Positions 43,693-51,884 of a stretch of 51,884 nt of DNA are shown here, piece after piece. The notes beneath the pieces were generated by a model. The model was not told the origin of the DNA. It did no database searches and saw only the letters and a program-made list of their open reading frames with translations. The translations under genes were made by a program, and so were the position numbers. This DNA comes from a virus (Duplodnaviria; Caudoviricetes). Each line of letters starts with the position of its first letter. The stretch's first letter is position 1. The stretch is from positions 1 to 51,884 of the IMG/VR virus record IMGVR_UViG_3300011444_000001, one strand, 5' to 3'.

Positions 43693-45047
43693 TGTGCCGG
43701 CAGGTTGTCGATGATGTTCTGGATCGTCGAATCGGGAACGTTGTTATCCCTCAACTGCTGAAGTGCAGCGTCCCACTGATCTGGCGGCAACGCGATGATT
43801 TGCTGCTGTACCTGACGCTCGTAACCACCAAGCGGTGGCGGATCATCAGTCGCGCGCATCGTATCAGTCGAAGGAACCTCCGAGAAAACGGGAGTGGCAT
43901 CCTTCGAGATGTTACCAGCCTGATCACGGAACACGACTTGCGGTTCATTTGCCTTGAACCAATGTCCGATCTCGTCGTACTCCGCACGCCAAGGCGAGCC
44001 AGATGCACCGAGAAGATCGTTCATCTGACGAATGTTCTTTTGTACCAGGTCTTTCGTTGGGGGCCGTGCGCCTTTCTTACGTACTGTCTGATCATACAAA
44101 GGGCGTAACCCAGAGAACAATGCCTTCTTCCTTGCTACTTCCTTGTCACCCTGTGAAGTTTTGAGCCATCCCTCCACAGCCTTGATCTGTTCGGGCGGAG
44201 CTGGCGTTCCCTTGTAAGGCTCGCCCCACATAACTTCGTAGAACGCACCAATGGGAGCGACACCGCCGGAAGCCTTGAACTGATCGTAGGAGGCACGACG
44301 GAGTGAAGCCTCAAGAGCTGTGCTCCCTGCGCGAGTACGTTCACCAGCCATCTGCGCAAGGTCCCTTCGGAGTGCAGCTTCCCTCTCGAACTGATACTCA
44401 CCGAGAGCGGCCCTCACACCTGCAGACGCAGCAGGGTGGAGGAGGCCAGCGCTGATGTCTTGATTTTTGATTGTGCCGGACTGAATCCCCTTCACAATGT
44501 CAGGGACGGATAGATCAGCCAGTTTCCTACCACCAGCATACACGCCGGCAGTATCCTGTTCAACCTGAAGTTCCTGCTTCGTCCCAATGTCCAGCAACTT
44601 TCTGATTCCCGCATCGAACGCCTGTGGATCTTTCTTCGCGAGGTCTAAGCCGCCTTCGAGTAAATACTTCTTCAGTGCTGCGCCCTGCACCTCTGCTGGA
44701 GTCTCGCCGGTCGCCGCCACTTGTCCGGCAGTAGCTCGTGAACCTGGAGAAGTCTCGAGAACATCTTTCCCAAGACGCTGACGAATAGAAGGGATGCTTT
44801 CTTCCATCCCCTTCAAGAAATTCGTGGCACCCTCACCGAAACCGAATGCTTTCAAGGTTCCAGGATTAGCCTTTTCCACGTCCACGAACTTCTGCATCAT
44901 CTCAGGCTTCTCGAGAAAGAGCGCCTTGAGAGCTTGATCGTACTTCGCTGTTGGCTTGATCAGCGAGCCTATGGTGTCGGTGAGAGAAGCGAGAGCCGGT
45001 CCTACCGACTCATCGAAACTCTCGAGCTTGGGAAGTGTCATCGTCAT
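43689..45047 (-). CDS. Internal virion / ejection protein
   Basis: 452 aa, helical; position in the module. Confidence 0.6.
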   Translation of the reverse strand: MTMTLPKLESFDESVGPALASLTDTIGSLIKPTAKYDQALKALFLEKPEMMQKFVDVEKANPGTLKAFGFGEGATNFLKGMEESIPSIRQRLGKDVLETSPGSRATAGQVAATGETPAEVQGAALKKYLLEGGLDLAKKDPQAFDAGIRKLLDIGTKQELQVEQDTAGVYAGGRKLADLSVPDIVKGIQSGTIKNQDISAGLLHPAASAGVRAALGEYQFEREAALRRDLAQMAGERTRAGSTALEASLRRASYDQFKASGGVAPIGAFYEVMWGEPYKGTPAPPEQIKAVEGWLKTSQGDKEVARKKALFSGLRPLYDQTVRKKGARPPTKDLVQKNIRQMNDLLGASGSPWRAEYDEIGHWFKANEPQVVFRDQAGNISKDATPVFSEVPSTDTMRATDDPPPLGGYERQVQQQIIALPPDQWDAALQQLRDNNVPDSTIQNIIDNLPAQ

Positions 45048-45670
45048 TTCCCGTAGTAAGATGTACCGGGACGCTGGTTATAGTTTGCGTCCTCGCTACC
45101 AGTGAATCCCTTACCAGCAGCTGAAATCGCTGGCCCTACAACATTCCCAACACCAGGAAGAAGAAATGGCGCTGCCGCACCGCCAATCTGTGCGATTGTT
45201 CCAAGCGCCGCGCCAAGTCCAGACTTCTGCTGAATCGTCTGACGCTGAGAGATGCCCTTGTCCGAGAGACCGAATGCTCCCTGCAGCAGCGGGAGAAGCG
45301 CATCGAGTTGGAGTTTCCCGATCTGCGTAGCAACCTGTGGAGCAGCTTCCGCTCGGTACTGGCTCTCTGCGAAAGCAGCAGGTGTACCAAACGATGCTCC
45401 TCCAGTTGCACCGAAGCGCGAACGGAGTGCATTCACGTCCCTCTCCTGCTGCTTGTTAATCATCGTCGCGTAGGAGCCACCAACGTTACCTGCGCCGGGC
45501 GACAGGAGCTGTGAGAGGATACCGAAGATACCTCCGGTTGTCCCCGCAGCGTCAGGACTACCAGCTGTGCCTAGGCCGCCAGTGTTGAACAGCTTTTGGA
45601 GCTGTGAAATCGTGTCGTTAGCGAGTCCTGTTGCGGCTCCGCCACCGACTTCTTTCGTCTTAGCTCCCAC
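45044..45670 (-). CDS. Small ejection / pilot protein
   Basis: GGAGG RBS then GTG (MGAKTKEVGGG); G/A-rich with a hydrophobic C-terminal segment. Confidence 0.65.
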   Translation of the reverse strand: MGAKTKEVGGGAATGLANDTISQLQKLFNTGGLGTAGSPDAAGTTGGIFGILSQLLSPGAGNVGGSYATMINKQQERDVNALRSRFGATGGASFGTPAAFAESQYRAEAAPQVATQIGKLQLDALLPLLQGAFGLSDKGISQRQTIQQKSGLGAALGTIAQIGGAAAPFLLPGVGNVVGPAISAAGKGFTGSEDANYNQRPGTSYYGK

Positions 45671-46322
45671 TCTGACCTCCGTTTCGGAAACGATCCCAAC
45701 CAGCTTCTTTATGATCCCTGTATAAATATCCAGGTTGATCCCAGCCGATTTCACGCGGAGCGAGTGCTTCTTCCTTCAGCATTCCGAAGATTGCAACATC
45801 GAACCAGTCATCGTTATGCCAGATGGCTTTCCGCTTCCTGCCTTCTTTCTTGAAGCCGAGCTGCGTGATGAACTCGAATGAATACTTCGTAGCGAAGAGT
45901 GGGATTTCGACACTCAACCTACGAAATTTATACTTCATGAAGGCGTAGCGAAGCATCTCCAGTGTGATTCCAAGGCGACCACGGTGGCGACGATCGAAGA
46001 ATGTGTAATGAACCTCTGCGTCCAGACCTGGGACGATCCTCGTCATGTAGTAGATGCCGACGAAGTCATCCACGATCCAGAACAGACCATTGGAGCACAG
46101 CTCTCCATTTGGTCCATTGTAGAGAAATAACTCGCAGAACTTCTTGAAATCACCACCGACAGCGTTATCGAAGATATACTTGAAGTTCTTCGATTTCTCC
46201 CAGAATAACTTCAGGTTCTCTGGGGATAATGGCATCGGGTAAACAGCCCGCTCGATAGGGCCTTCTGGCTCGTCACAAACCCATGTGAGAGACGGCTCGG
46301 TAGTGATGATCGTGCTGGTCAC
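45660..46322 (-). CDS. GNAT acetyltransferase-like protein
   Basis: LGFKKEGRKRKA...WFDVAIFGML RimJ/RimL-type ending; lies between the nozzle and ejection genes. Confidence 0.75.
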   Translation of the reverse strand: MTSTIITTEPSLTWVCDEPEGPIERAVYPMPLSPENLKLFWEKSKNFKYIFDNAVGGDFKKFCELFLYNGPNGELCSNGLFWIVDDFVGIYYMTRIVPGLDAEVHYTFFDRRHRGRLGITLEMLRYAFMKYKFRRLSVEIPLFATKYSFEFITQLGFKKEGRKRKAIWHNDDWFDVAIFGMLKEEALAPREIGWDQPGYLYRDHKEAGWDRFRNGGQSGS

Positions 46323-47956
46323 TTTGAACTCTCCCCAGCTCGGTAGACGTGAACTTCGTAGCCTATGACATTGAACTGCCCTGCTGACGCTGATAACTGC
46401 CACGCAAAGCGACGACACTTGATCTGCTTTGTCCAAGTAAAAAGCTTGGGCTTGCCGAGAGTGTCACCACCGAACAGCTTGGTTTTGCTTGGTGACGCAA
46501 TCGTCACGCCACCATCTTTCGAGTACCGCAACGTGATCTGACCACCAGCAATCGGTACAATCTCGATCCTGATTTCTGCGACATAGATGTCGTCGGTTGG
46601 AAGAGTGAATGACTTGGATAACAGGATCGTTTCATATGTTCCAGCAGACGCAGCGAATGATGGATCGACAGTCGCGTCGTCATCTTGAATGATGATTTCA
46701 CCATCGGTGCGCCCGAATGCTCTGGTCGGAATCACAACATCAGCTGGACCAAGGCTGTTAATGTCACCAGTCAACCCGTCAATGAGACCAGGCAGAGCAT
46801 CGATCGGTAGCACAGCAGACCCAAGGTCAGCATCACTGATGATCGCGATGCCTTCGTACAGGTCCTTCGTCCATGCCTGTGTACGGAAGTTGTATGTCCA
46901 GGCAACAACCGTGGTACCTGTAGCCAACGGAATGCAAACTGTGTACTCGTTCTGAATTGGATCATACGACGCGAAAATCAGTTCCGGGTCGTCGATTGCA
47001 TCCATCAAAGTCTTTTCGACTGGCCTCCCAATCGGGTCGGGCGCCTGTCCTGGGGTGTAGTGCCAGATGGTTCCTGAACGCCGATCAGCCCATGTAAGGC
47101 CGTTCTGTGTGACATGAGCACTATACGGCGCATTGCATCCCACCCCTGGAAAAGCCGCGTACGGATTGAACGGGAACGTCGGGATCGGTTGCTTCGTAGC
47201 AAGCCAGATCGACTGCTCGCGCAGTATGGCGAGGACATTGGTGAACCCAAAAATACCTGAGATGTCGTCACCCAGATCACCCGGCGATTCCACGAGTGGA
47301 GTCGATCCCGCGGTTTCATCAACCAGTGGGTCCCATTCGTCAATGTTGCCATCACCAGACCAACCGATCTGTGCCGCATTGGGCACACTTCCACGGAGGT
47401 TCGCACCGATAGCCCTGTTGAAGAAACCAGTCACGAACCTATACTCCGGTGCGTTACCGAGCTTAATATACTGACTCGCGGTTATGTCCAGTTCTTGGAG
47501 TACATCAATACCGTTGTTAGAGAACACGAAGTGATCCAGGACGACTGCGCCCTGAATATAATCCGTGTCAGCACCAAGCAAGGATCCTCCGACGCCAGCC
47601 GCGAACGCATCCCACGTTGCTGTCCTGCTGTGTACCGAGTTCCGAGTGAATCGGAAGTAGTACGTGTTACCGTCATTCTTCTTGAAGAAGAACAGCCCGA
47701 TGACAGGATTGCTGTTAGGCTTGGTCGGTGTCATCAGTACCGTCCCAGGCCTACGCTGTGTGCGGTCGAACCTGCACCGCGCATTCTGAGCGAGTTGAAG
47801 CGCACCCGGATCAATATCGGCAGGGTCCAACATCGTGACCATGCCTTGATTGACGCGACCCTCAGCAAACTTTGATTTGCCCGGCAGATTGACTAACTGC
47901 GAGCGATACTTGTTTCGCTGAGTCTGAGGCCACGGACGCGCGTTTCGGTAATCCAT
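46319..47956 (-). CDS. Tail nozzle / DNA stabilisation protein (P22 gp10 / T7 gp12-like)
   Basis: 545 aa, beta-rich; IGWSG, GVGCNAPYS and LRYSKDGG motifs. Confidence 0.75.
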   Translation of the reverse strand: MDYRNARPWPQTQRNKYRSQLVNLPGKSKFAEGRVNQGMVTMLDPADIDPGALQLAQNARCRFDRTQRRPGTVLMTPTKPNSNPVIGLFFFKKNDGNTYYFRFTRNSVHSRTATWDAFAAGVGGSLLGADTDYIQGAVVLDHFVFSNNGIDVLQELDITASQYIKLGNAPEYRFVTGFFNRAIGANLRGSVPNAAQIGWSGDGNIDEWDPLVDETAGSTPLVESPGDLGDDISGIFGFTNVLAILREQSIWLATKQPIPTFPFNPYAAFPGVGCNAPYSAHVTQNGLTWADRRSGTIWHYTPGQAPDPIGRPVEKTLMDAIDDPELIFASYDPIQNEYTVCIPLATGTTVVAWTYNFRTQAWTKDLYEGIAIISDADLGSAVLPIDALPGLIDGLTGDINSLGPADVVIPTRAFGRTDGEIIIQDDDATVDPSFAASAGTYETILLSKSFTLPTDDIYVAEIRIEIVPIAGGQITLRYSKDGGVTIASPSKTKLFGGDTLGKPKLFTWTKQIKCRRFAWQLSASAGQFNVIGYEVHVYRAGESSK

Positions 47957-48558
47957 CAGTATGTATTCCGGCAGTCAGGTGTCGTGTACGTGATCTCGAC
48001 GCCATGAATGATTGGCGCGGTAATGCCAGCAGACTTATCGACAGCGAGGTTATACATGACACCAGCTCCGACTACAATAGCAATTACTCCGCTATCATAG
48101 ATCGTGTCTGCCGCAGTGTTACCATTGATCAGATTTTCCTGTGTTCTCGATGTTCCTGTGGTGAAAGGCATCGAGTACAAGAACATCTGAACTGTGTTTG
48201 CATCTCCGTTAACAATACGCCAACGGAGTTTAGTGATTGTTACTCCAACTGGAAGAAACAGGGGTGCGAACACAGCTGGATCAACTACTGTAAGAGTGAA
48301 CCCTGTTGAGGCATAACGAGTGTTGGTGAATCCTGTATCTACCTGGAAAGCGTAGCCAGGAACATACAGAGTTTTACCAACTACATTTCCCTTAACCTCT
48401 GGCAGCGCAACAACAGGATCAGTTGTCCAGTCCACTGCGAATGCCGAGTTCATTCGCTCGTGGAGGTCAACCTTGAACTCCCGAATTGCGTCGTCGATCT
48501 GGTTCGCTGCGCGTGTACCAGCCGGCGTCGCGTCACTCCAGCTTCGTGTATACGGCAT
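47956..48558 (-). CDS. Tail-associated protein
   Basis: WSDATPAG...IDDAIREFK N-terminus typical of fibre anchors. Confidence 0.55.
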   Translation of the reverse strand: MPYTRSWSDATPAGTRAANQIDDAIREFKVDLHERMNSAFAVDWTTDPVVALPEVKGNVVGKTLYVPGYAFQVDTGFTNTRYASTGFTLTVVDPAVFAPLFLPVGVTITKLRWRIVNGDANTVQMFLYSMPFTTGTSRTQENLINGNTAADTIYDSGVIAIVVGAGVMYNLAVDKSAGITAPIIHGVEITYTTPDCRNTY

Positions 48559-48568
48559 CAGTTACTCC

Positions 48569-48934
48569 TTACGCGAGGCCGACTTCGCCCTCTGCTTCGA
48601 AGGTGAGTGCGGTCGCAGTGCCAGCACCACCGACGAGGAAGTCAGCAGCCTTGATGATCAGCTGACCGTACCAATCGAAGGCATCGTTCGGCGGAACAGA
48701 CTTAGCTTGGCCGATGACTTCGGTACCTGCGGTGTTTGCGCCCGTCAAACCGAGCCAGAGTGAGAATGTTGCGGCAACGCCAGTCTTGTTCACGATCCTG
48801 ATGTGTTTCAGGATGATGTATGAGGCTGTCGGAGTATAGCCTGTACCTGCACCCGCCGCAGCAGGATTCAGGATATTCGTGGTCAGGACGGTGCTTAGAG
48901 CAACCGGCCCGAACCTTTCGATCTTGTTCTGCAT
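48569..48934 (-). CDS. Virion beta-sandwich protein
   Basis: IILKHIRIVNKTG pattern; AGGAG RBS. Confidence 0.55.
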   Translation of the reverse strand: MQNKIERFGPVALSTVLTTNILNPAAAGAGTGYTPTASYIILKHIRIVNKTGVAATFSLWLGLTGANTAGTEVIGQAKSVPPNDAFDWYGQLIIKAADFLVGGAGTATALTFEAEGEVGLA

Positions 48935-48947
48935 CTGTGACTCCTGA

Positions 48948-49166
48948 CTAGAAGGTAACTGGCAGACCTGCGTTCGCTGCCACTGTGACTACTGCATCAC
49001 GTAGAGCGTTGGCAGCAGAAACGACTGCCGGTTGCGCCAAGATACGACTTGCTCCGGTCGCTGTCCCTTCTACATCGTCAGAGACCAGCGCTGTAACCTG
49101 TATAATAGGTATGTTGCTGCCGGCGAAATTCAACTGAATTTCGACCAACTTACGTGTGATTGCCAT
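48948..49166 (-). CDS. Small hypothetical virion protein
   Basis: AGGAG RBS. Confidence 0.5.
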   Translation of the reverse strand: MAITRKLVEIQLNFAGSNIPIIQVTALVSDDVEGTATGASRILAQPAVVSAANALRDAVVTVAANAGLPVTF

Positions 49167-49175
49167 TGCAAGCTC

Positions 49176-50576
49176 CTAAGACATTATCCCATTAGCTACA
49201 AGAGCCAATCGGATGTTCGTGACCAGTGTGACGAAGTTCGCAAAAAGGGCCGCAGATGATGCTCCGAAAGCACCAGCACCAGGAACCACTGCGCCACCTG
49301 ACGCGAACGCAGTTTGTGCTGCTTTAGTATTACAGCCAAACGCGCCACCGACTGTCGCTTTACCTGCTAGATACAGATCTTTTGGACGTGTGGCGCCTGC
49401 AGCACCAATATCATATGTATTATCTACGAAAGCCACAAGATGTCCAGCGGCTTTCACGACCCATCTACTAATGGAATTGGACTGAATTTCAAAGTCGTGA
49501 TTCGAGCTTGTTCCCATCGTGGCGTTCGTATTAGTCGCCAGTAGTCGAACTGTATGCGTAGTATCAGCAGATACAGATACGATCTGCCCGTCGTTAGAGA
49601 TATGGAGTAAATTCGCTCCATAAATCGCATTCCAACGAGCGCCCGGCGAGAAACCCAGGATGCGTGTGTTATCTGCATCTGGGAGGAGTGCGCCTGCTAC
49701 GAGAATATTCCCACCACTCTCGCTGAGGACTGAATTACCAAGTTGAGAACCTGAAATAAACTTTGGAATAACTCCAGGTGTTCCTCCACCGACAAGATTA
49801 CCCGGAGGAAAAAACATGTAATCTTCGACATCAGTGTAACCTTCGATCCAAGGAGCTTGTGAACCTTGAACTCCTTGTAATCCAATTGATCCTTGAACCC
49901 CAGGGAAATAAATCATCTCTTCCTGAGGATCAGCGTCCATTCCTGGACGGCCTGTTGCTCCTGCAGGACCAGTGGGACCAGGAACAGTCGAAGCTGCTCC
50001 TAGAGGCCCTGGAATCATCATCGAATCTTCAGCTGGATCACCGTCAGATCCAGGAGGACCCATCGGTCCTACTATCCCTATTCCAGGTGCACCCGGTGCT
50101 CCAGGTGATCCTGGGATCATCATGGGTACATCTGGCGAGTCAGGCTCTATTGGTAGTCCCGGAGGGCCAGCGCCTCCAGGAGCTCCTGGTGAACCCGGCG
50201 GTCCTGGTACTCCTGCGCTGCCTCCCTCTTGCTCAACCCAAACACCAAGATAGTTGAGGAAGTGGTAGAAGAAATCGACAGCTAGAAGCTTGTTCGCTCC
50301 TGTATTAGTCTTGATATTTGTGTTATCAGCGACAGTTGTAAAGCCGTCACCGAGAATGTACAGGTGTTGCCCATTTTGACCATTCAAAAAGTCTATAACC
50401 GTTACCGCACCAGTATTCTGAGCTTGACAAAGCTCAGTGTTCTTAACGTCTGGAGTGGTAGAGGCTTTCGTAAGTTTCCGTGTAAGCCCTTTGTCCAGAA
50501 CGAACGTAGTTCTCGGAGCCTCTTGTACCTGCTCCGATGTTATTCGTTCTGGGGTAATTTTTTGGTCTGCCACCAC
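49176..50576 (-). CDS. Collagen-like tail fibre
   Basis: G-X-Y runs ([10 protein letters not shown]); [18 protein letters not shown] knob-type repeats. Confidence 0.8.
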   Translation of the reverse strand: MVADQKITPERITSEQVQEAPRTTFVLDKGLTRKLTKASTTPDVKNTELCQAQNTGAVTVIDFLNGQNGQHLYILGDGFTTVADNTNIKTNTGANKLLAVDFFYHFLNYLGVWVEQEGGSAGVPGPPGSPGAPGGAGPPGLPIEPDSPDVPMMIPGSPGAPGAPGIGIVGPMGPPGSDGDPAEDSMMIPGPLGAASTVPGPTGPAGATGRPGMDADPQEEMIYFPGVQGSIGLQGVQGSQAPWIEGYTDVEDYMFFPPGNLVGGGTPGVIPKFISGSQLGNSVLSESGGNILVAGALLPDADNTRILGFSPGARWNAIYGANLLHISNDGQIVSVSADTTHTVRLLATNTNATMGTSSNHDFEIQSNSISRWVVKAAGHLVAFVDNTYDIGAAGATRPKDLYLAGKATVGGAFGCNTKAAQTAFASGGAVVPGAGAFGASSAALFANFVTLVTNIRLALVANGIMS

Positions 50577-50794
50577 TTCTCCTTGTTACCATGTGCTCTC
50601 TTCACAGCCATTGCTCGTTCACAGAGTAGTTCGTAGTATTCGTCCACTGTCCTGTTACTAAGTCCTGTACCCACGCGCGATCTTAACCTTGGAGCGATCA
50701 ACGCGGGGCGCAGACATCTTACTCGTCCTCGAATCCCTCGGGCGCGCAGTTCTTTGAGTCTTCGTCTTTCGCTTAGAGGAATCCACACGCGCAT
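50540..50794 (-). CDS. Arg-rich hypothetical protein
   Basis: Fills the gap on the late strand. Confidence 0.4.
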   Translation of the reverse strand: MRVWIPLSERRRLKELRARGIRGRVRCLRPALIAPRLRSRVGTGLSNRTVDEYYELLCERAMAVKRAHGNKEKWWQTKKLPQNE

Positions 50795-50809
50795 GCTTCT
50801 TCTTCCTCA

Positions 50810-51253
50810 TCAGAATGAATCCGTGACGACCTGAACCGTCATGGGAGCGGGTGGATTGATAGGTCTAATGTCACGAAAGGCTGCGCTCCCAGGAACGGAG
50901 CACGCTCCTTTCCGGCATTGCCGAATCGAATCGGCATTGAAGACAACAGAGTCACCCGGCAATCCTCGAGATAGCTTGAGCGAATCCGAGAGTTGAGTAG
51001 TACGCTTCCTTCGAACCCAGGTGTTCGCAGCACGAAGCAAGGTATCGCCGTACCATTTCCATGCTTTCGAGATCTTGATACGATATAGTGTACTGTCCAC
51101 GACACCAAAGCCATCAGTTGGCTGTGTCCATGTCAGTTTCACTTTCATTGAATCACCACCGGCAAACGCGACGGAGGAGACTCCTGTCACCATTGGCTTC
51201 GGCTTCGGTACGAAGATTAAAGCAAGGAGACTGAAAAGCAAGATCCTTAACAT
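50810..51253 (-). CDS. Secreted or membrane-anchored protein with an Fn3-like pattern, possible lysis accessory
   Basis: Signal-like MLRILLFSLLALIFV; VKLTWTQP...YRI; follows the endolysin. Confidence 0.5.
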   Translation of the reverse strand: MLRILLFSLLALIFVPKPKPMVTGVSSVAFAGGDSMKVKLTWTQPTDGFGVVDSTLYRIKISKAWKWYGDTLLRAANTWVRRKRTTQLSDSLKLSRGLPGDSVVFNADSIRQCRKGACSVPGSAAFRDIRPINPPAPMTVQVVTDSF

Positions 51254-51262
51254 GATCCCTCC

Positions 51263-51673
51263 CTATTCATCGAGTTCAAAGTGGCCGTAATCTCGCTTCC
51301 GCTCATCGGTAGTCGAGTTATTTTGATTCCAGTCACCACCCCAACGCAGCTTGACATTCATCTCGAATGCACAAGCGAACATCACGCCAGCCAGCACGCA
51401 GAATATTTCCTCATCTTTCCAGTCGATTCCCTTGATCGCTGGTAGATAAGGACCAAGATCGACAGCGTGACTGAAACCATCTGGCTGGATGAGATGTTTA
51501 CTATCTTTCGTCCAGCTTACACCACGAGCGATGTTGGTGCGCTGCTCTTCGGCTGTGCGCACTCCATCGACGACTTGGAAATCCCAGACCTTGATGGCAG
51601 CATGACAGACAGCAACCAGCTTGGGATGCACACCCTCAAGCATCTTGAGACTTCCAGCGCCGAAGTTAGGCAT
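51263..51673 (-). CDS. Endolysin, M15-family L-Ala-D-Glu peptidase
   Basis: GVHPKLV, GVRT, SKH...HAVD, RWGGDW and DYGHFEL motifs. Confidence 0.9.
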   Translation of the reverse strand: MPNFGAGSLKMLEGVHPKLVAVCHAAIKVWDFQVVDGVRTAEEQRTNIARGVSWTKDSKHLIQPDGFSHAVDLGPYLPAIKGIDWKDEEIFCVLAGVMFACAFEMNVKLRWGGDWNQNNSTTDERKRDYGHFELDE

Positions 51674-51761
51674 CACCAGCTCTCCGACTTCCGGCAGGAC
51701 GCTCTTTCGCGATCAAGCGTTCTTGTAAACTGGCGACATCGTTCTTCAGATCCTTCACGTT

Positions 51762-51884
51762 GCCGTTGACTTGGTCATGAATCTCGCCCAACGTCTTGTC
51801 AACGTGCGCTGAACGAAGAACCAGTTCAGCTTTCACATCACTCGCTTGTGTCTGCAGCTCGGTTTTTACATCAGCTGCTTGTAA
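51762..51884. repeat. Terminal direct repeat, copy 2
   Basis: Identical to 1-123. Confidence 0.95.

Overview
Apparently complete ~51.8 kb tailed dsDNA phage genome, podovirus-like. Bases 1-123 repeat exactly at 51762-51884, so the contig is circular. A control region at ~13.5-15.0 kb separates two divergent blocks. The minus-strand block encodes terminase, portal, scaffold, capsid, tail, ejection and lysis proteins (13526 down to 1, continuing from 51884 down to 39124). The plus-strand block (14223-39194) encodes a HARP/SNF2 helicase, Cas4-like exonuclease, Sak4-like ATPase, SSB, GroES, an Acb2/Tad1-like sponge, a ParB-methyltransferase fusion, a split UDG-PolA and a DUF3987-type ATPase. No integrase, repressor or primase is recognisable. 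Most unusual signals: (1) a transcription unit at 17.75-19.42 kb with a switch-like leader, a release-factor domain-3-like protein lacking the GGQ loop, about 600 nt of structured RNA (an anticodon-less tRNA mimic, a 190-nt RNA, an atypical tRNA-Tyr) and a tiny basic peptide; (2) eight copies of a 25-bp dyad spread over the genome; (3) an early gene built like a pre-rRNA, with boxA and a long stem enclosing the ORF; (4) a PolA split in the palm; (5) a cluster of host-type regulatory sites (Fur box, sigma54). All family calls come from motif recognition by eye, not from database searches.
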